Shown one piece after another: positions 35,284 through 43,923 of a stretch of DNA of 64,000 nt; the stretch's first letter is position 1; every line of letters begins with the position of its first letter. Where the stretch lies: positions 1 through 64,000 of the forward strand of contig JAKLKF010000021.1 in the NCBI GenBank assembly GCA_023150805.1, read 5' to 3'. Origin of the DNA: Myxococcota bacterium (lineage in GTDB: Bacteria; Myxococcota_A; UBA796; UBA2385). Position numbers and translations under genes: made by a program. The notes beneath the pieces are model-generated. The model was not told the origin of the DNA. It saw only the letters and a program-made list of their open reading frames with translations, and did no database searches.

Positions 35284-36285
35284 TCAGCGCGGGCCGTAGC
35301 CCTGGGGGTTCTCGGTCCACCAGCGCCAGGCCGAGGCGACCATGCCGTGCAGGTCGTGCTCGGCGCGAAAGCCCAGGTCGGCGTGGAAGCGGGCGGGGTC
35401 GGCCACGGCGACGGGCATGTCCCCGGCGCGGCGGGGCCCCTCGACCACCGGCACGGGGCGGCCGGCGACCTCGGCGCAGGCGGCCAGCACCTCGCGCACG
35501 CTGTGGGGGCGACCGGTGCCGACGTTGTAGACGTGGTGGCCGGGGCGCTCCAGGGCGGCCAGCGCGACCAGGTGGGCGCGGGAGAGGTCGCAGACGTGGA
35601 TGTAGTCGCGCAGGCAGGTGCCGTCGGCGGTGTCGTAGTCGCTGCCGAAGACCGTGAGCGCCGGCAGGTGGCCGGTGAGCGCCATCAGCACGCGGGGCAC
35701 CAGGTTGCTGGGGGCGACGACGTGCTCGCCGATGCTGCCCGAGGGGTGGGCGCCGACCGGGTTGAAGTAGCGCAGGCTGACGGCCGAGAAGCCCGCACGG
35801 GCCGCCATCCAGGACAACATCTGCTCGCCCTGGGCCTTGGTCCAGCCGTAGGGCGAGTCGGGGCCGACCATCGAGTCCTCGCGCAGGGGCATCGGCGCCT
35901 GCGGGCTGTAGACCGCCGCGGTCGAGGAGTAGAGGATCCGCTTCACGCCCTCCTCCCGCATGGCCGTGAGCAGGCCCGACAGGCCGCCCAGGTTGTTGCG
36001 GAAGTAGCGCTCGGGGTGCTCCATCGACTCGCCCACGGCCTTGAAGGCCGCCAGGTGCAGGACCACGTCGACGCCGGCCAGCGCCCGCCGGACCAGGGGT
36101 ACGTCCGCCACGTCGCCGACGACCAGCTCGGCCGGGCGCGGGGCCAGGGCGGCCACCCGCTCCAGGGCGCGCGGGTGGCCGTTGCTCAGGTCGTCGAGGA
36201 CCACGACCTCGTGCCCGGCCTGCAGCAGGTCGAGCACCAGGTGACTGCCGATGTAGCCGGCGCCGCCGGTGACCAGGGTGCGCAT
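35284..36285 (-). CDS. galE: UDP-glucose 4-epimerase
   Basis: MRTLVTGGAGYIGSH, YxxxK (YGWTK), and full-length match to GalE-type SDRs. Confidence 0.9.
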   Translation of the reverse strand: MRTLVTGGAGYIGSHLVLDLLQAGHEVVVLDDLSNGHPRALERVAALAPRPAELVVGDVADVPLVRRALAGVDVVLHLAAFKAVGESMEHPERYFRNNLGGLSGLLTAMREEGVKRILYSSTAAVYSPQAPMPLREDSMVGPDSPYGWTKAQGEQMLSWMAARAGFSAVSLRYFNPVGAHPSGSIGEHVVAPSNLVPRVLMALTGHLPALTVFGSDYDTADGTCLRDYIHVCDLSRAHLVALAALERPGHHVYNVGTGRPHSVREVLAACAEVAGRPVPVVEGPRRAGDMPVAVADPARFHADLGFRAEHDLHGMVASAWRWWTENPQGYGPR

Positions 36286-36374
36286 GGGGGCGTCCTATCC
36301 GCGGCCCGCGGGGGCCCGTGCGGCGCGGCGTGTCAGTTAATGCCCCTCCTCCCCTCGCCCGCCGCGGGTCCCCC

Positions 36375-37514
36375 ATGCGCGTCGCCATCGTCACGCCCGT
36401 CTTCCCCTCCGACCTCGACCAGCCCTCGCGCGGCGCCGGCATCGGGGCCGTCACCCTCGCCCGCGCGCTGCTGGCGGAGGCCCCCGACCTGGACCTGCAC
36501 ATCGTGCACTACCGGGCCGAGGCGACCCTGCCCGAGCGCCGCCTGGGCAGCCCGGCGATGACGGTCCACACCCACGCCGCCTCCAAGGCGGCCCGCGCGG
36601 CGCCGACCCCGGCCCTGATCCAGGCCGAGGTGGCGCGGGTGCTGCGGCGGATCCAGCCCGACGTGGTGCACGTGCGGGGCACGGCCAGCCTGGTCGACGG
36701 CCGCGCCTGGCCGGCGGTGCTCAGCGTGCACGGCATCACCGAGCGCGAGGTCGCGCTGTCGGGGATGAAGGGCGCCCGGCTGCGCAGCCAGCTCCACCGC
36801 CTGCGCGAGCCGCCGGCCCGCGCGCGCTACCGGCACGTCATCGCCATCGTCGGCCACGTGACCCAGGCGCTCGAGGGCCAGCTCACGGGCCGGGTGCACT
36901 TCGTGCCCAACAGCGTGGGCGAGGAGTTCTTCGCGGCCGCGGGCGACCGGACGGGGACGGCCCCGCTCGTGGTGCACGCCGGCGACGTGTGCCCCATCAA
37001 GAACGCCGCCGGCACGGTGCGGGCGATGGCGGTGCTCCGGCGCCGCGGGGTGGACTGCCGGCTGCGCATCCTGGGCCAGGTGACCTACCCGGACTACGGC
37101 CGGCAGGTGCAGGCCCTGGTCGAGGAGCTGGGACTGCAGGACCGGGTCGAGCTGCCCGGCCGCATCGGGCGGGCCGAGATGCCCGGCGAGCTGTCCCGGG
37201 CCCGCGTCCTGGCCCTGCCGAGCTTCATCGAGGTGGCGCCCCTGTCGATCGCCGAGGCCAGCGCGGTGGGCGTGCCCTCGGTCGCCAGCCCCGCCGGCGG
37301 CAACGCCGAGATGGTCGTCGACCGCTTCGCCGGGCGGCTGTGCAGCCCCTCCTCGCCCGAGTCCATCGCCGACGCGCTGCAGCCCTACCTGGAGGACGAG
37401 GCGCTGGCGACGCTGCACGGGAGGCGGGCGAGGGAGATCGCGCAGCGGCACCGCCCGGCCGCCGTCGCGCGGGGCACGCTGGCGGTCTACGAGGCGGTGC
37501 GGGCGGGAGGGTAG
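36375..37514 (+). CDS. Glycosyltransferase family 4
   Basis: MRVAIVTPVFP N-terminus and C-terminal E-x7-E region (EVAPLSIAEASAVGVPSVAS). Confidence 0.8.
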   Translation: MRVAIVTPVFPSDLDQPSRGAGIGAVTLARALLAEAPDLDLHIVHYRAEATLPERRLGSPAMTVHTHAASKAARAAPTPALIQAEVARVLRRIQPDVVHVRGTASLVDGRAWPAVLSVHGITEREVALSGMKGARLRSQLHRLREPPARARYRHVIAIVGHVTQALEGQLTGRVHFVPNSVGEEFFAAAGDRTGTAPLVVHAGDVCPIKNAAGTVRAMAVLRRRGVDCRLRILGQVTYPDYGRQVQALVEELGLQDRVELPGRIGRAEMPGELSRARVLALPSFIEVAPLSIAEASAVGVPSVASPAGGNAEMVVDRFAGRLCSPSSPESIADALQPYLEDEALATLHGRRAREIAQRHRPAAVARGTLAVYEAVRAGG

Positions 37515-37559
37515 GGGTTCATCGCAGGGGCGACAGGGCGACGCGCCAGGCGGCCCGGG

Positions 37560-37817
37560 GTGCGCTACAATCCGGGTATGACCACCGTGACAGACGCCGC
37601 GACCCGCGCCGCCGCCCGCCGTGCCACCTGGCATGGCCAGCTCACCACCGAGCACCATCCTGTCCAGGCGTCCGAGGCCAGCGCCGAGCAGCGGCTCGCG
37701 CTGCTGACGGAGTTGTCCGTGCTGGCGTGGACCCTCAGCGGACGGCCCCTGCCGTCCTACTCGCGGCAGACCATGCCAGGCAGGCTGATCCGGCGGCTCG
37801 GGGAGGAGGCGGGTTGA
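37560..37817 (+). CDS. Small hypothetical protein upstream of, and translationally coupled to, a nucleotidyltransferase (possible antitoxin-like partner)
   Basis: 85 aa (or 79 aa from ATG at 37578). Stop overlaps the next start (TTGA). Contains an Rx4H-like RRATWH segment. Confidence 0.35.
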   Translation: MRYNPGMTTVTDAATRAAARRATWHGQLTTEHHPVQASEASAEQRLALLTELSVLAWTLSGRPLPSYSRQTMPGRLIRRLGEEAG

Positions 37818-38293
37818 GCGTCACCGGCCTGACTGTCGACTACCTGGACCTGTTGGACGCATTTGCAGCGGAGGGCGTCATCCACCTGGTGGTCGGTGGC
37901 TTCGCGCTGGCGGGCCACGGTGTCACCCGGGCGACCGTCGACCTGGACGTGTGGGTGCGCCCCGATCCAGACAACGCGCAGCGTGTGATTCGGGGCCTGC
38001 TGCGCTTTGGCGCACCGCTCGAAGAGCACGGTGTACAAGCCTCGGACTTCGCGCGAGAGGGGATCGTGTACCAGCTTGGCCTGCCCCCATGTCGCATCGA
38101 TGTGCTCACCCGAATCGACGGCGTCGCCTTTGACGACGCGTGGCCCGACCGCGTCTTCCTCCCGATGGAGGGTCGATCGGTCCCCGCCCTGGGCCTGTCG
38201 GCGTTGGTGCAGGCGAAGCGCGCCGCAGGGCGAGAGAAGGACCTGCTGGACCTGCTGCTCCTGCGCAAGGCAGGGGTCCGAATCGACCCGTGA
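37814..38293 (+). CDS. Minimal nucleotidyltransferase (Pol-beta superfamily, MNT/AbiEii-like)
   Basis: TTG at 37814. hG[GS]x9-13DhD motif (VVGGFALAGHGVTRATVDLDVWV) and C-terminal KRAAGREKDLLDLLLL motif. The N-terminal ~275 codons of ORF 36989..38293 are a shadow. Confidence 0.55.
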   Translation: MSVTGLTVDYLDLLDAFAAEGVIHLVVGGFALAGHGVTRATVDLDVWVRPDPDNAQRVIRGLLRFGAPLEEHGVQASDFAREGIVYQLGLPPCRIDVLTRIDGVAFDDAWPDRVFLPMEGRSVPALGLSALVQAKRAAGREKDLLDLLLLRKAGVRIDP

Positions 38294-38311
38294 GAATTCC
38301 GGCGTCCTCCG

Positions 38312-40624
38312 TCAAGCCGGCGGCGAAGGCCGTGGCAGGCTGAATCGAGCACGCCAGGCCACGCGAAGCGCGTCTTCCAGCCAGGCCCGCGCGTGGGCGG
38401 CTGACACGTCGCCCCCTGCCATCATCCCCGCCCAGGCGTAGGCCACCTCGTCGTCCAGGGTCGTGTCAAACAACAAGGGATCGTCCGTGCTGATGCACAA
38501 AGGGAGGACACGGTGATCATTGGGGACCACAGGTCGCAGGTGGAACATCGGCTGATCGAGAGGTGCGTCGAGGTCAGCGATCAGAAGGTTCGAGCTGGGG
38601 TTCACTTCGACTACGAGTTGACTCCTCGCCACTTCCCGCGCCAGCGCAGCCTGGAGCTGGCACAGCAGCGGCACCTCGTCCGTGGTCCGCACCGGGACCA
38701 GGCGCTGCGCACGCTGCCACCTCTCTGGCGACAGGATCAAGAGCATGGCAGCGGGCGCGGCCCCCAGGTCCGGAGCCGCGCCCGCCGCGGGGATGTCCTC
38801 GGGCCGGAGGGAATACAGGTCCGGGATGACCTGCTCCGGGTCGTCGAGCCATGTTCCCGGCACCATCCCCGCGAAGAGCTTGCGTTGCAGCTCTCTGCGC
38901 TCGCCATCGAGTCGCAAGAGGGTGCCGGCGTCCACCGGGACGCACCAGCTACGTATGACATGCGGCACCCACAGCAGATCGATCCAGCGCTCGACCGCGG
39001 GCACCCACACCGTGTCGTTTCGCTTCGCCCATGGCTCGGGGGACAGACCAAGGGCAAGGGCGTGCCCCAGGCGATCGCCCGGTCGCACCAGGTCTGTCAG
39101 CATCGGCTCCGAGACGGCCCGCAGCCCTGTCAGCAGGTGGCGAAAGGACTCCCCACAGTGCAGGGTCATGCCGGGGCCTCTGACCCCGACGCGCCGAAAC
39201 GACTCGTCCAGGCCCGACCTCAGCTCCCGCAGGGCCGGGGCGAACACCCACAGTGGTCCCTCGGCTTCATCCCCCGCCAGGTCGATCCCGCGCAGGACGC
39301 GCGCCAGGTCCGGCTCGGCCTCGATGCAGCCCGCGAGGTCGTCACACAGCGCCCGCGCCTGTCGCAGCGCGCGACGTGCCTGGGCCGGCCAGGGGCAGCT
39401 CCCGTCGGGAGACTGACGGTCCCGCTCGCGGGTCAGGTGCACCACGACAGCCCGCTCCACCGAGCCGTTCCGACCCGACTGATCACGGGCCGTTTGCAGC
39501 CCTCTGCCCGGTGTCACGCGGATCTCCACCGCCTGAACGTGCAGCGAGCTATGCCGTGACGGCGCGTCGGGGTCTACGAGCGTGCCGCCCCCAAGGTCGG
39601 TGCTGTCCCGGAACTGCTGCACGAAGCGCTGAAGCCCCGGCCGGGTGGGGTCGACCACGACGGCCTGGTGGAAGAGGCAACGGACACGGATCCACTGAAC
39701 CAGGACCGCCTTGAGCCAGGGATCCCCGTCCTTGCCCCTCCGCCGCAGCCGCAGCAGGCCACGACGGAGGATGTCGGGGTCCTTGCGGGCTTCGGGATCG
39801 CCGCCCGGGCCGAGCGGCTCCCCGCATCGGATCCTCTCCTCGCGCTCCGGAGATGACTCAGGTCGCAGCAGACGACCGCGGGCCAGCTCCCACACGGCGC
39901 TGGTGGTCTCTGCGTCCCCGCGGCGCGCGAGCCACTCCTCCAGGGCAAGGTCGTCCGGGACGCCGAGGAACCGGTCCAGCAACCGTTCGCACAGTCGGGC
40001 GCGGGACAGCGCCTGCTCCCAGCCCAAGGCGTGCTCGCGGTCGGTGGAGCTACCGTGACCAGCGCCCCAGGCGCGCCCGATGGGCTCTGGGAGGGGCCGC
40101 CCCTGCTCAAGGTGGCGATCCACGCGGCGCCAGGCGTCCGCGGGCAGGCCCGCCGCGCTCAGGTGGAGGTGCAGGTGCGCAGTGGGGATGTCCGTGTCGA
40201 GCAGGGGCGGAAGGAGCGAGACGCGCCCTGGCGTGAATCCCAGACCCTCGTCGGCGGCCAACGCCGCCACGAGGACCTCTCCGGGGACGCGCAGGGAGAG
40301 AAAGCGCCACCGGATCGTCTCGCGCGCAGCGTCGGCCGCCGTTGAAAGCTGCAGGCGGGCCTCGATGCCCTCCAGCCGAAGGCGCCGACGGGCCAGGAGC
40401 CGGAGCCAATCCAGGACGTGCCCGGGAGGCTGCTCGTCGGGCAGCGGCGTCCAGGTGGCCACGCAGGGGTCCCAGGGGAACTGGCGGGGCCCGTACGCCG
40501 CCAGGCGGTCATCGAGGCCGACGCGAAGGTCCTGGGGGGCCCACTCGACGAGACCGCGGTGGAAGGCTTGGGGGGAGCAGAGCGGCCAGGCCTCGGCCTC
40601 GGCCTCCAGGCGGAGGGTGCGCAT
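38312..40624 (-). CDS. Large divergent adenosine/AMP deaminase-fold protein (RADAR RdrB-like)
   Basis: 770 aa with the full ADA metal-hydrolase signature in order: HxH (TAHLHLHLS), HCGESF (HAGE-like), RLGHALAL (cf. ERIGHG), EVNPSSN (cf. VCPxSN), and ISTDDPLLFDTTLDDEVAY (cf. S[LN][NS]TDDP). Long insertions between the motifs. Starts 3 nt after the stop of the upstream NTPase. Confidence 0.7.
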   Translation of the reverse strand: MRTLRLEAEAEAWPLCSPQAFHRGLVEWAPQDLRVGLDDRLAAYGPRQFPWDPCVATWTPLPDEQPPGHVLDWLRLLARRRLRLEGIEARLQLSTAADAARETIRWRFLSLRVPGEVLVAALAADEGLGFTPGRVSLLPPLLDTDIPTAHLHLHLSAAGLPADAWRRVDRHLEQGRPLPEPIGRAWGAGHGSSTDREHALGWEQALSRARLCERLLDRFLGVPDDLALEEWLARRGDAETTSAVWELARGRLLRPESSPEREERIRCGEPLGPGGDPEARKDPDILRRGLLRLRRRGKDGDPWLKAVLVQWIRVRCLFHQAVVVDPTRPGLQRFVQQFRDSTDLGGGTLVDPDAPSRHSSLHVQAVEIRVTPGRGLQTARDQSGRNGSVERAVVVHLTRERDRQSPDGSCPWPAQARRALRQARALCDDLAGCIEAEPDLARVLRGIDLAGDEAEGPLWVFAPALRELRSGLDESFRRVGVRGPGMTLHCGESFRHLLTGLRAVSEPMLTDLVRPGDRLGHALALGLSPEPWAKRNDTVWVPAVERWIDLLWVPHVIRSWCVPVDAGTLLRLDGERRELQRKLFAGMVPGTWLDDPEQVIPDLYSLRPEDIPAAGAAPDLGAAPAAMLLILSPERWQRAQRLVPVRTTDEVPLLCQLQAALAREVARSQLVVEVNPSSNLLIADLDAPLDQPMFHLRPVVPNDHRVLPLCISTDDPLLFDTTLDDEVAYAWAGMMAGGDVSAAHARAWLEDALRVAWRARFSLPRPSPPA

Positions 40625-40627
40625 GGG

Positions 40628-43600
40628 TCAGGGGACGGCCGAGCGCGACGGTTTGGCGCTATGTGCGATCTCGAGATCAAAATCGGTCATCTTGTCTATC
40701 ACGTGTGATGGCAAGACCTCCTTCAGCGATTCACGCAAACTCAAGTACCAGCTGACGAGCAAGTCAGCCATGCGGCTTGACGGCACTCTGCCCGTCGCCT
40801 CACGGCGAATGATCTTGAAAAGCGGAATCCTTCGCAAGTTTCGCCAATATCTGTCCATGTTCCCGTCGAAGTCGAGGCCCACGAGTGGCCCCCATGGATC
40901 ATCAGCGAGCAGTGCACCGACCGTCAGGTACCATGCGACCCACCATAGCTTCTCGTCGGGTGCATTCGAGGGTCGTTGGGCTTGGTGTGCGTCCGCCAAC
41001 GCCGACATGAAGCGATCCCAGGCGACCCATGACGACAGCGGCGGGAGGGGCCAGGGACCATTCGAGCCGCTGAGCACCCACAGGTCGCCTGGAAGCTCGA
41101 CCCCCGACGGCACACCCTGCTGCGTGACAGCGACGCTCGATGCCAGGCCAAGCCAGGAGCCGAATACCGCCTCACGCGGCCTGGACCCTTGGAATTTGGG
41201 AATCGAATATCTCCACGAGAGGTCCCGCCGAACACTCAGGCCGTCGAAGTCCGCTTCTTTTCGAGTGTCGATGGCGAAGGTGACACCAGCCAGGTCAACG
41301 CTCAACTCGCCCATACCCAGCACTCTCACTCGGTCCATCAGGGAGCTATTCGCCTTACCTTCGGTCAATACGCCCCATACCCACTCGATGAACCTCGCCG
41401 CATTGCCGTTCGTCTGCCGGGTCGCCTCCGCGACCTTCGCCAGCAGGTCCTTCACCCCGCCCCTCCGGGCCCAGGCACCGAGCGCCACCGCCGCCGAACC
41501 TGCACGGGACCAGGTAGATGGCCCGGTCCACCTGCCCAGTCGATCAGCTCCGACCATCGCGAACGAGATGTCCTCGGACTTGTCGTCCCCGTGGTGAAAC
41601 AGAAGCGGCGTCCTGGTACTCCTGCGCTCGGTCATTTCTCCCAGGAGCAGAAGAGCCCAGGCTCCGGGCCCGAGCGCCGCTTCCGCGGCACGCGCGTACC
41701 AGCAATCCTGCCAGAACTCTGCCGACCCCACGTGGTCCAGGGGGAGCCTTGCGAGCAAGCCTACCTGCGTGGAGTCGAGCCGGTTCCCATTCGCCATGGA
41801 CAGCACCTCGGCATCCACAGGCACCTGCTCAAGATGCGGCATCATGTCGACCGCGGTCGCGTCGGGTTTCGCGTTCCCGTCATTAGGGCCCCGCTGGTCA
41901 TGCCAGAGTTCGCTGACGATCACCTCCCGATGCGTTGGACCCAGCCCGAAACGCGGATGCGACAGCGCCAGCATAGCGCCCTTCCAACGGCTCTCGGCCT
42001 GCCTATCGTCTCCATCGGGAGGCGACTTCGCGGCGATGACCTTCAACAATGACCACTCCGCGCTTGCACTCTGCGTCTGCCCACGCAAGAAGCGCACCCA
42101 GGCGCACAGGATCCGCTCCTCACCGCCCTGCGCACCGCTGGCTGAAGATTCCTTCTCAGCCTCTCGAAGCAGCGCATCGAGGCGGGCGCGATGTTCCCGC
42201 CAGTGGGCCTGTTCGCCCGGGTCCGCCTGATCTCCACGCGGGAACCAGGGCGACGGCCAGACCAGCGACGCATCGCTCCCCAGGTCGACGCTGCGCACCA
42301 TCGCACCGCCGCGGACACCGCCCGAGCGGGCCAGCGCCTCCCCCCCGCTGAGGTACCGCGCGCCCGCCGCGAGCCAGGCGTCCAGGGGCCGAGGTTCCTG
42401 TCCTTCGCAGGCGGGGCGCAGCTGCTCAACCACCTGGAAGGCCGTGGAGCGCCCCGGCGCTGGCGACAGGAGGGGCCGCCATCGGGAGGGCACCGCCTCC
42501 AGCACAAGCCGGGAGCCCGTCGGGATGACCCTGCGAAGGACGCTGCGCAGCCCCTGGGCTCGGAGGTTCTTCAGTTCGAAGGGTTCCCCCTCCCACACCT
42601 CCTCTGGTGCTTCGCCGAACAGCCCCTCCAGGAGGAGGTCCAGCGCGTCGCCCTCGGCGGGGTCAGCCCCAGCCTGGCCCGCCCACTCCAGTTCTCGCGC
42701 CAGGCTCTCCAGGCGCCGATGGGTGCTGGAGAGCGCCGGCGTCCACCCGGGCTCCGCCAGGAGCCTGTCGTTCCAAAGCTGTTCGAGCAGTTCCCGGCGC
42801 TCCTCGGTGAGGCCTCGCTCCTCAACCACCTTGCGAAGGGCCCCTCCACGCCAGCGGAGCACCCTTCCGAGATCCAGCCGGGACAGGCTCACCCGCATCA
42901 CCGGCGGGATGGTCTTCTCCACCGATTGCCGTCCCAGCGACGCGGTCGGCCGCTGGCCGGGGTCCTGAACGACCTCGCTTCCGCCCATGCGGCGCTCCTG
43001 CCCGTCCACGTCTACCTGGAGCACGAACTCGAGCTGTCGTGCGAAGCCAGTGACCAGGAAGACCACCCGGCGATGCTGGAGCAGGCGCAGGAAACGCAGG
43101 AGCTCAGGCGCCCGGGTGATCTGCAGGTCGACGTCGTCGACGGGAACCAGCAGCACGCCGTGCTTCCCGAGTCTGCCGCATCGCTCGATGGCGGCCAGCA
43201 GCTCGTCGACGAAACTGCACCACTCACCCTGGAAGCCGCCCCAGGTCCGCACCCGGCGCAGCTCCTCCTCCGGCGAGGGCACACCGCGCGCGGACGAGGG
43301 CTCCCGCCAGGCGACGACGGCATGGTCGTGAAGGCGCTGCCACTGCCCCTTTAAGTTGAGCTCCCCCCGCCCGGCCCGTCGATCCAGCTCGTCCAGTCGC
43401 GCAGAGCCCGTCTCCAGACCCAGCCGGGTGACCTCGTCCACCAGCGGCTCGAAGGCCTGAAGGATCCATGCCAGCAGCGGCAGGCCGGGGGGAAGTGGAT
43501 CGAAGTCCAGGGGCCGGGTCGGGAGCACGCTGCCATGGATCTCTGCCACCCAGGCTGGCGGGGCGTCCCTCTGCTGGAGCCTGTCCAGCAGGGTAAGGAG

Positions 43601-43846
43601 CAAGGAGGTCTTGCCGGTGCCCCGGTCGCCATCGACCATCACCACGCGCGGCGTGCGGCCGCTGTCCATCGCCAGCCAGGGCATGGAATCGGTCGCGGGC
43701 GACCTCGTCGTGGGGTTCGCAATGTCGGTGAGCACACCCTGCAGGCGACCGACCAGCTCCGTCAGGAGGCGTCGGTCGTCGTCGACCAGCTCCTCCTCTC
43801 GGAGGGGACGAGTGTCGGCGGGCAAGTGCCAGGACGAAGCGAGCAT
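40628..43846 (-). CDS. Large P-loop NTPase (AAA/KAP-like; RADAR RdrA-like)
   Basis: 1072 aa. Walker A VVMVDGDRGTGKTSLLLTLL near the N-terminus, Walker B VLLVPVDDVDL. ~800 aa of non-repetitive C-terminal sequence. SD-like gagg upstream of the ATG at 43846. Confidence 0.7.
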   Translation of the reverse strand: MLASSWHLPADTRPLREEELVDDDRRLLTELVGRLQGVLTDIANPTTRSPATDSMPWLAMDSGRTPRVVMVDGDRGTGKTSLLLTLLDRLQQRDAPPAWVAEIHGSVLPTRPLDFDPLPPGLPLLAWILQAFEPLVDEVTRLGLETGSARLDELDRRAGRGELNLKGQWQRLHDHAVVAWREPSSARGVPSPEEELRRVRTWGGFQGEWCSFVDELLAAIERCGRLGKHGVLLVPVDDVDLQITRAPELLRFLRLLQHRRVVFLVTGFARQLEFVLQVDVDGQERRMGGSEVVQDPGQRPTASLGRQSVEKTIPPVMRVSLSRLDLGRVLRWRGGALRKVVEERGLTEERRELLEQLWNDRLLAEPGWTPALSSTHRRLESLARELEWAGQAGADPAEGDALDLLLEGLFGEAPEEVWEGEPFELKNLRAQGLRSVLRRVIPTGSRLVLEAVPSRWRPLLSPAPGRSTAFQVVEQLRPACEGQEPRPLDAWLAAGARYLSGGEALARSGGVRGGAMVRSVDLGSDASLVWPSPWFPRGDQADPGEQAHWREHRARLDALLREAEKESSASGAQGGEERILCAWVRFLRGQTQSASAEWSLLKVIAAKSPPDGDDRQAESRWKGAMLALSHPRFGLGPTHREVIVSELWHDQRGPNDGNAKPDATAVDMMPHLEQVPVDAEVLSMANGNRLDSTQVGLLARLPLDHVGSAEFWQDCWYARAAEAALGPGAWALLLLGEMTERRSTRTPLLFHHGDDKSEDISFAMVGADRLGRWTGPSTWSRAGSAAVALGAWARRGGVKDLLAKVAEATRQTNGNAARFIEWVWGVLTEGKANSSLMDRVRVLGMGELSVDLAGVTFAIDTRKEADFDGLSVRRDLSWRYSIPKFQGSRPREAVFGSWLGLASSVAVTQQGVPSGVELPGDLWVLSGSNGPWPLPPLSSWVAWDRFMSALADAHQAQRPSNAPDEKLWWVAWYLTVGALLADDPWGPLVGLDFDGNMDRYWRNLRRIPLFKIIRREATGRVPSSRMADLLVSWYLSLRESLKEVLPSHVIDKMTDFDLEIAHSAKPSRSAVP

Positions 43847-43923
43847 CGGGCAAGACCTCAGTGGGGAGAAGAACCCCCGGCCAGCCTACGCAGTGATTCC
43901 GTCCGGATCAACCGCCCCCCGCC

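Larger units (their letters stand above)
37515..43923. other. Lower-GC genomic island (locally ~48-62% GC against a ~73% background) carrying defense-type genes, inserted inside a polysaccharide locus
   Basis: By-eye counts: 40681-40740 is 48% GC and 38481-38540 is 57% GC. Flanked by galE/GT4 on the left and wza on the right. Confidence 0.6.

Noticed and set aside
37515-43923. Integrase, transposase or IS element flanking the low-GC island
   Set aside because: No recombinase-like ORF or inverted/direct repeats could be identified by eye at either border. The insertion mechanism is left open rather than asserted.
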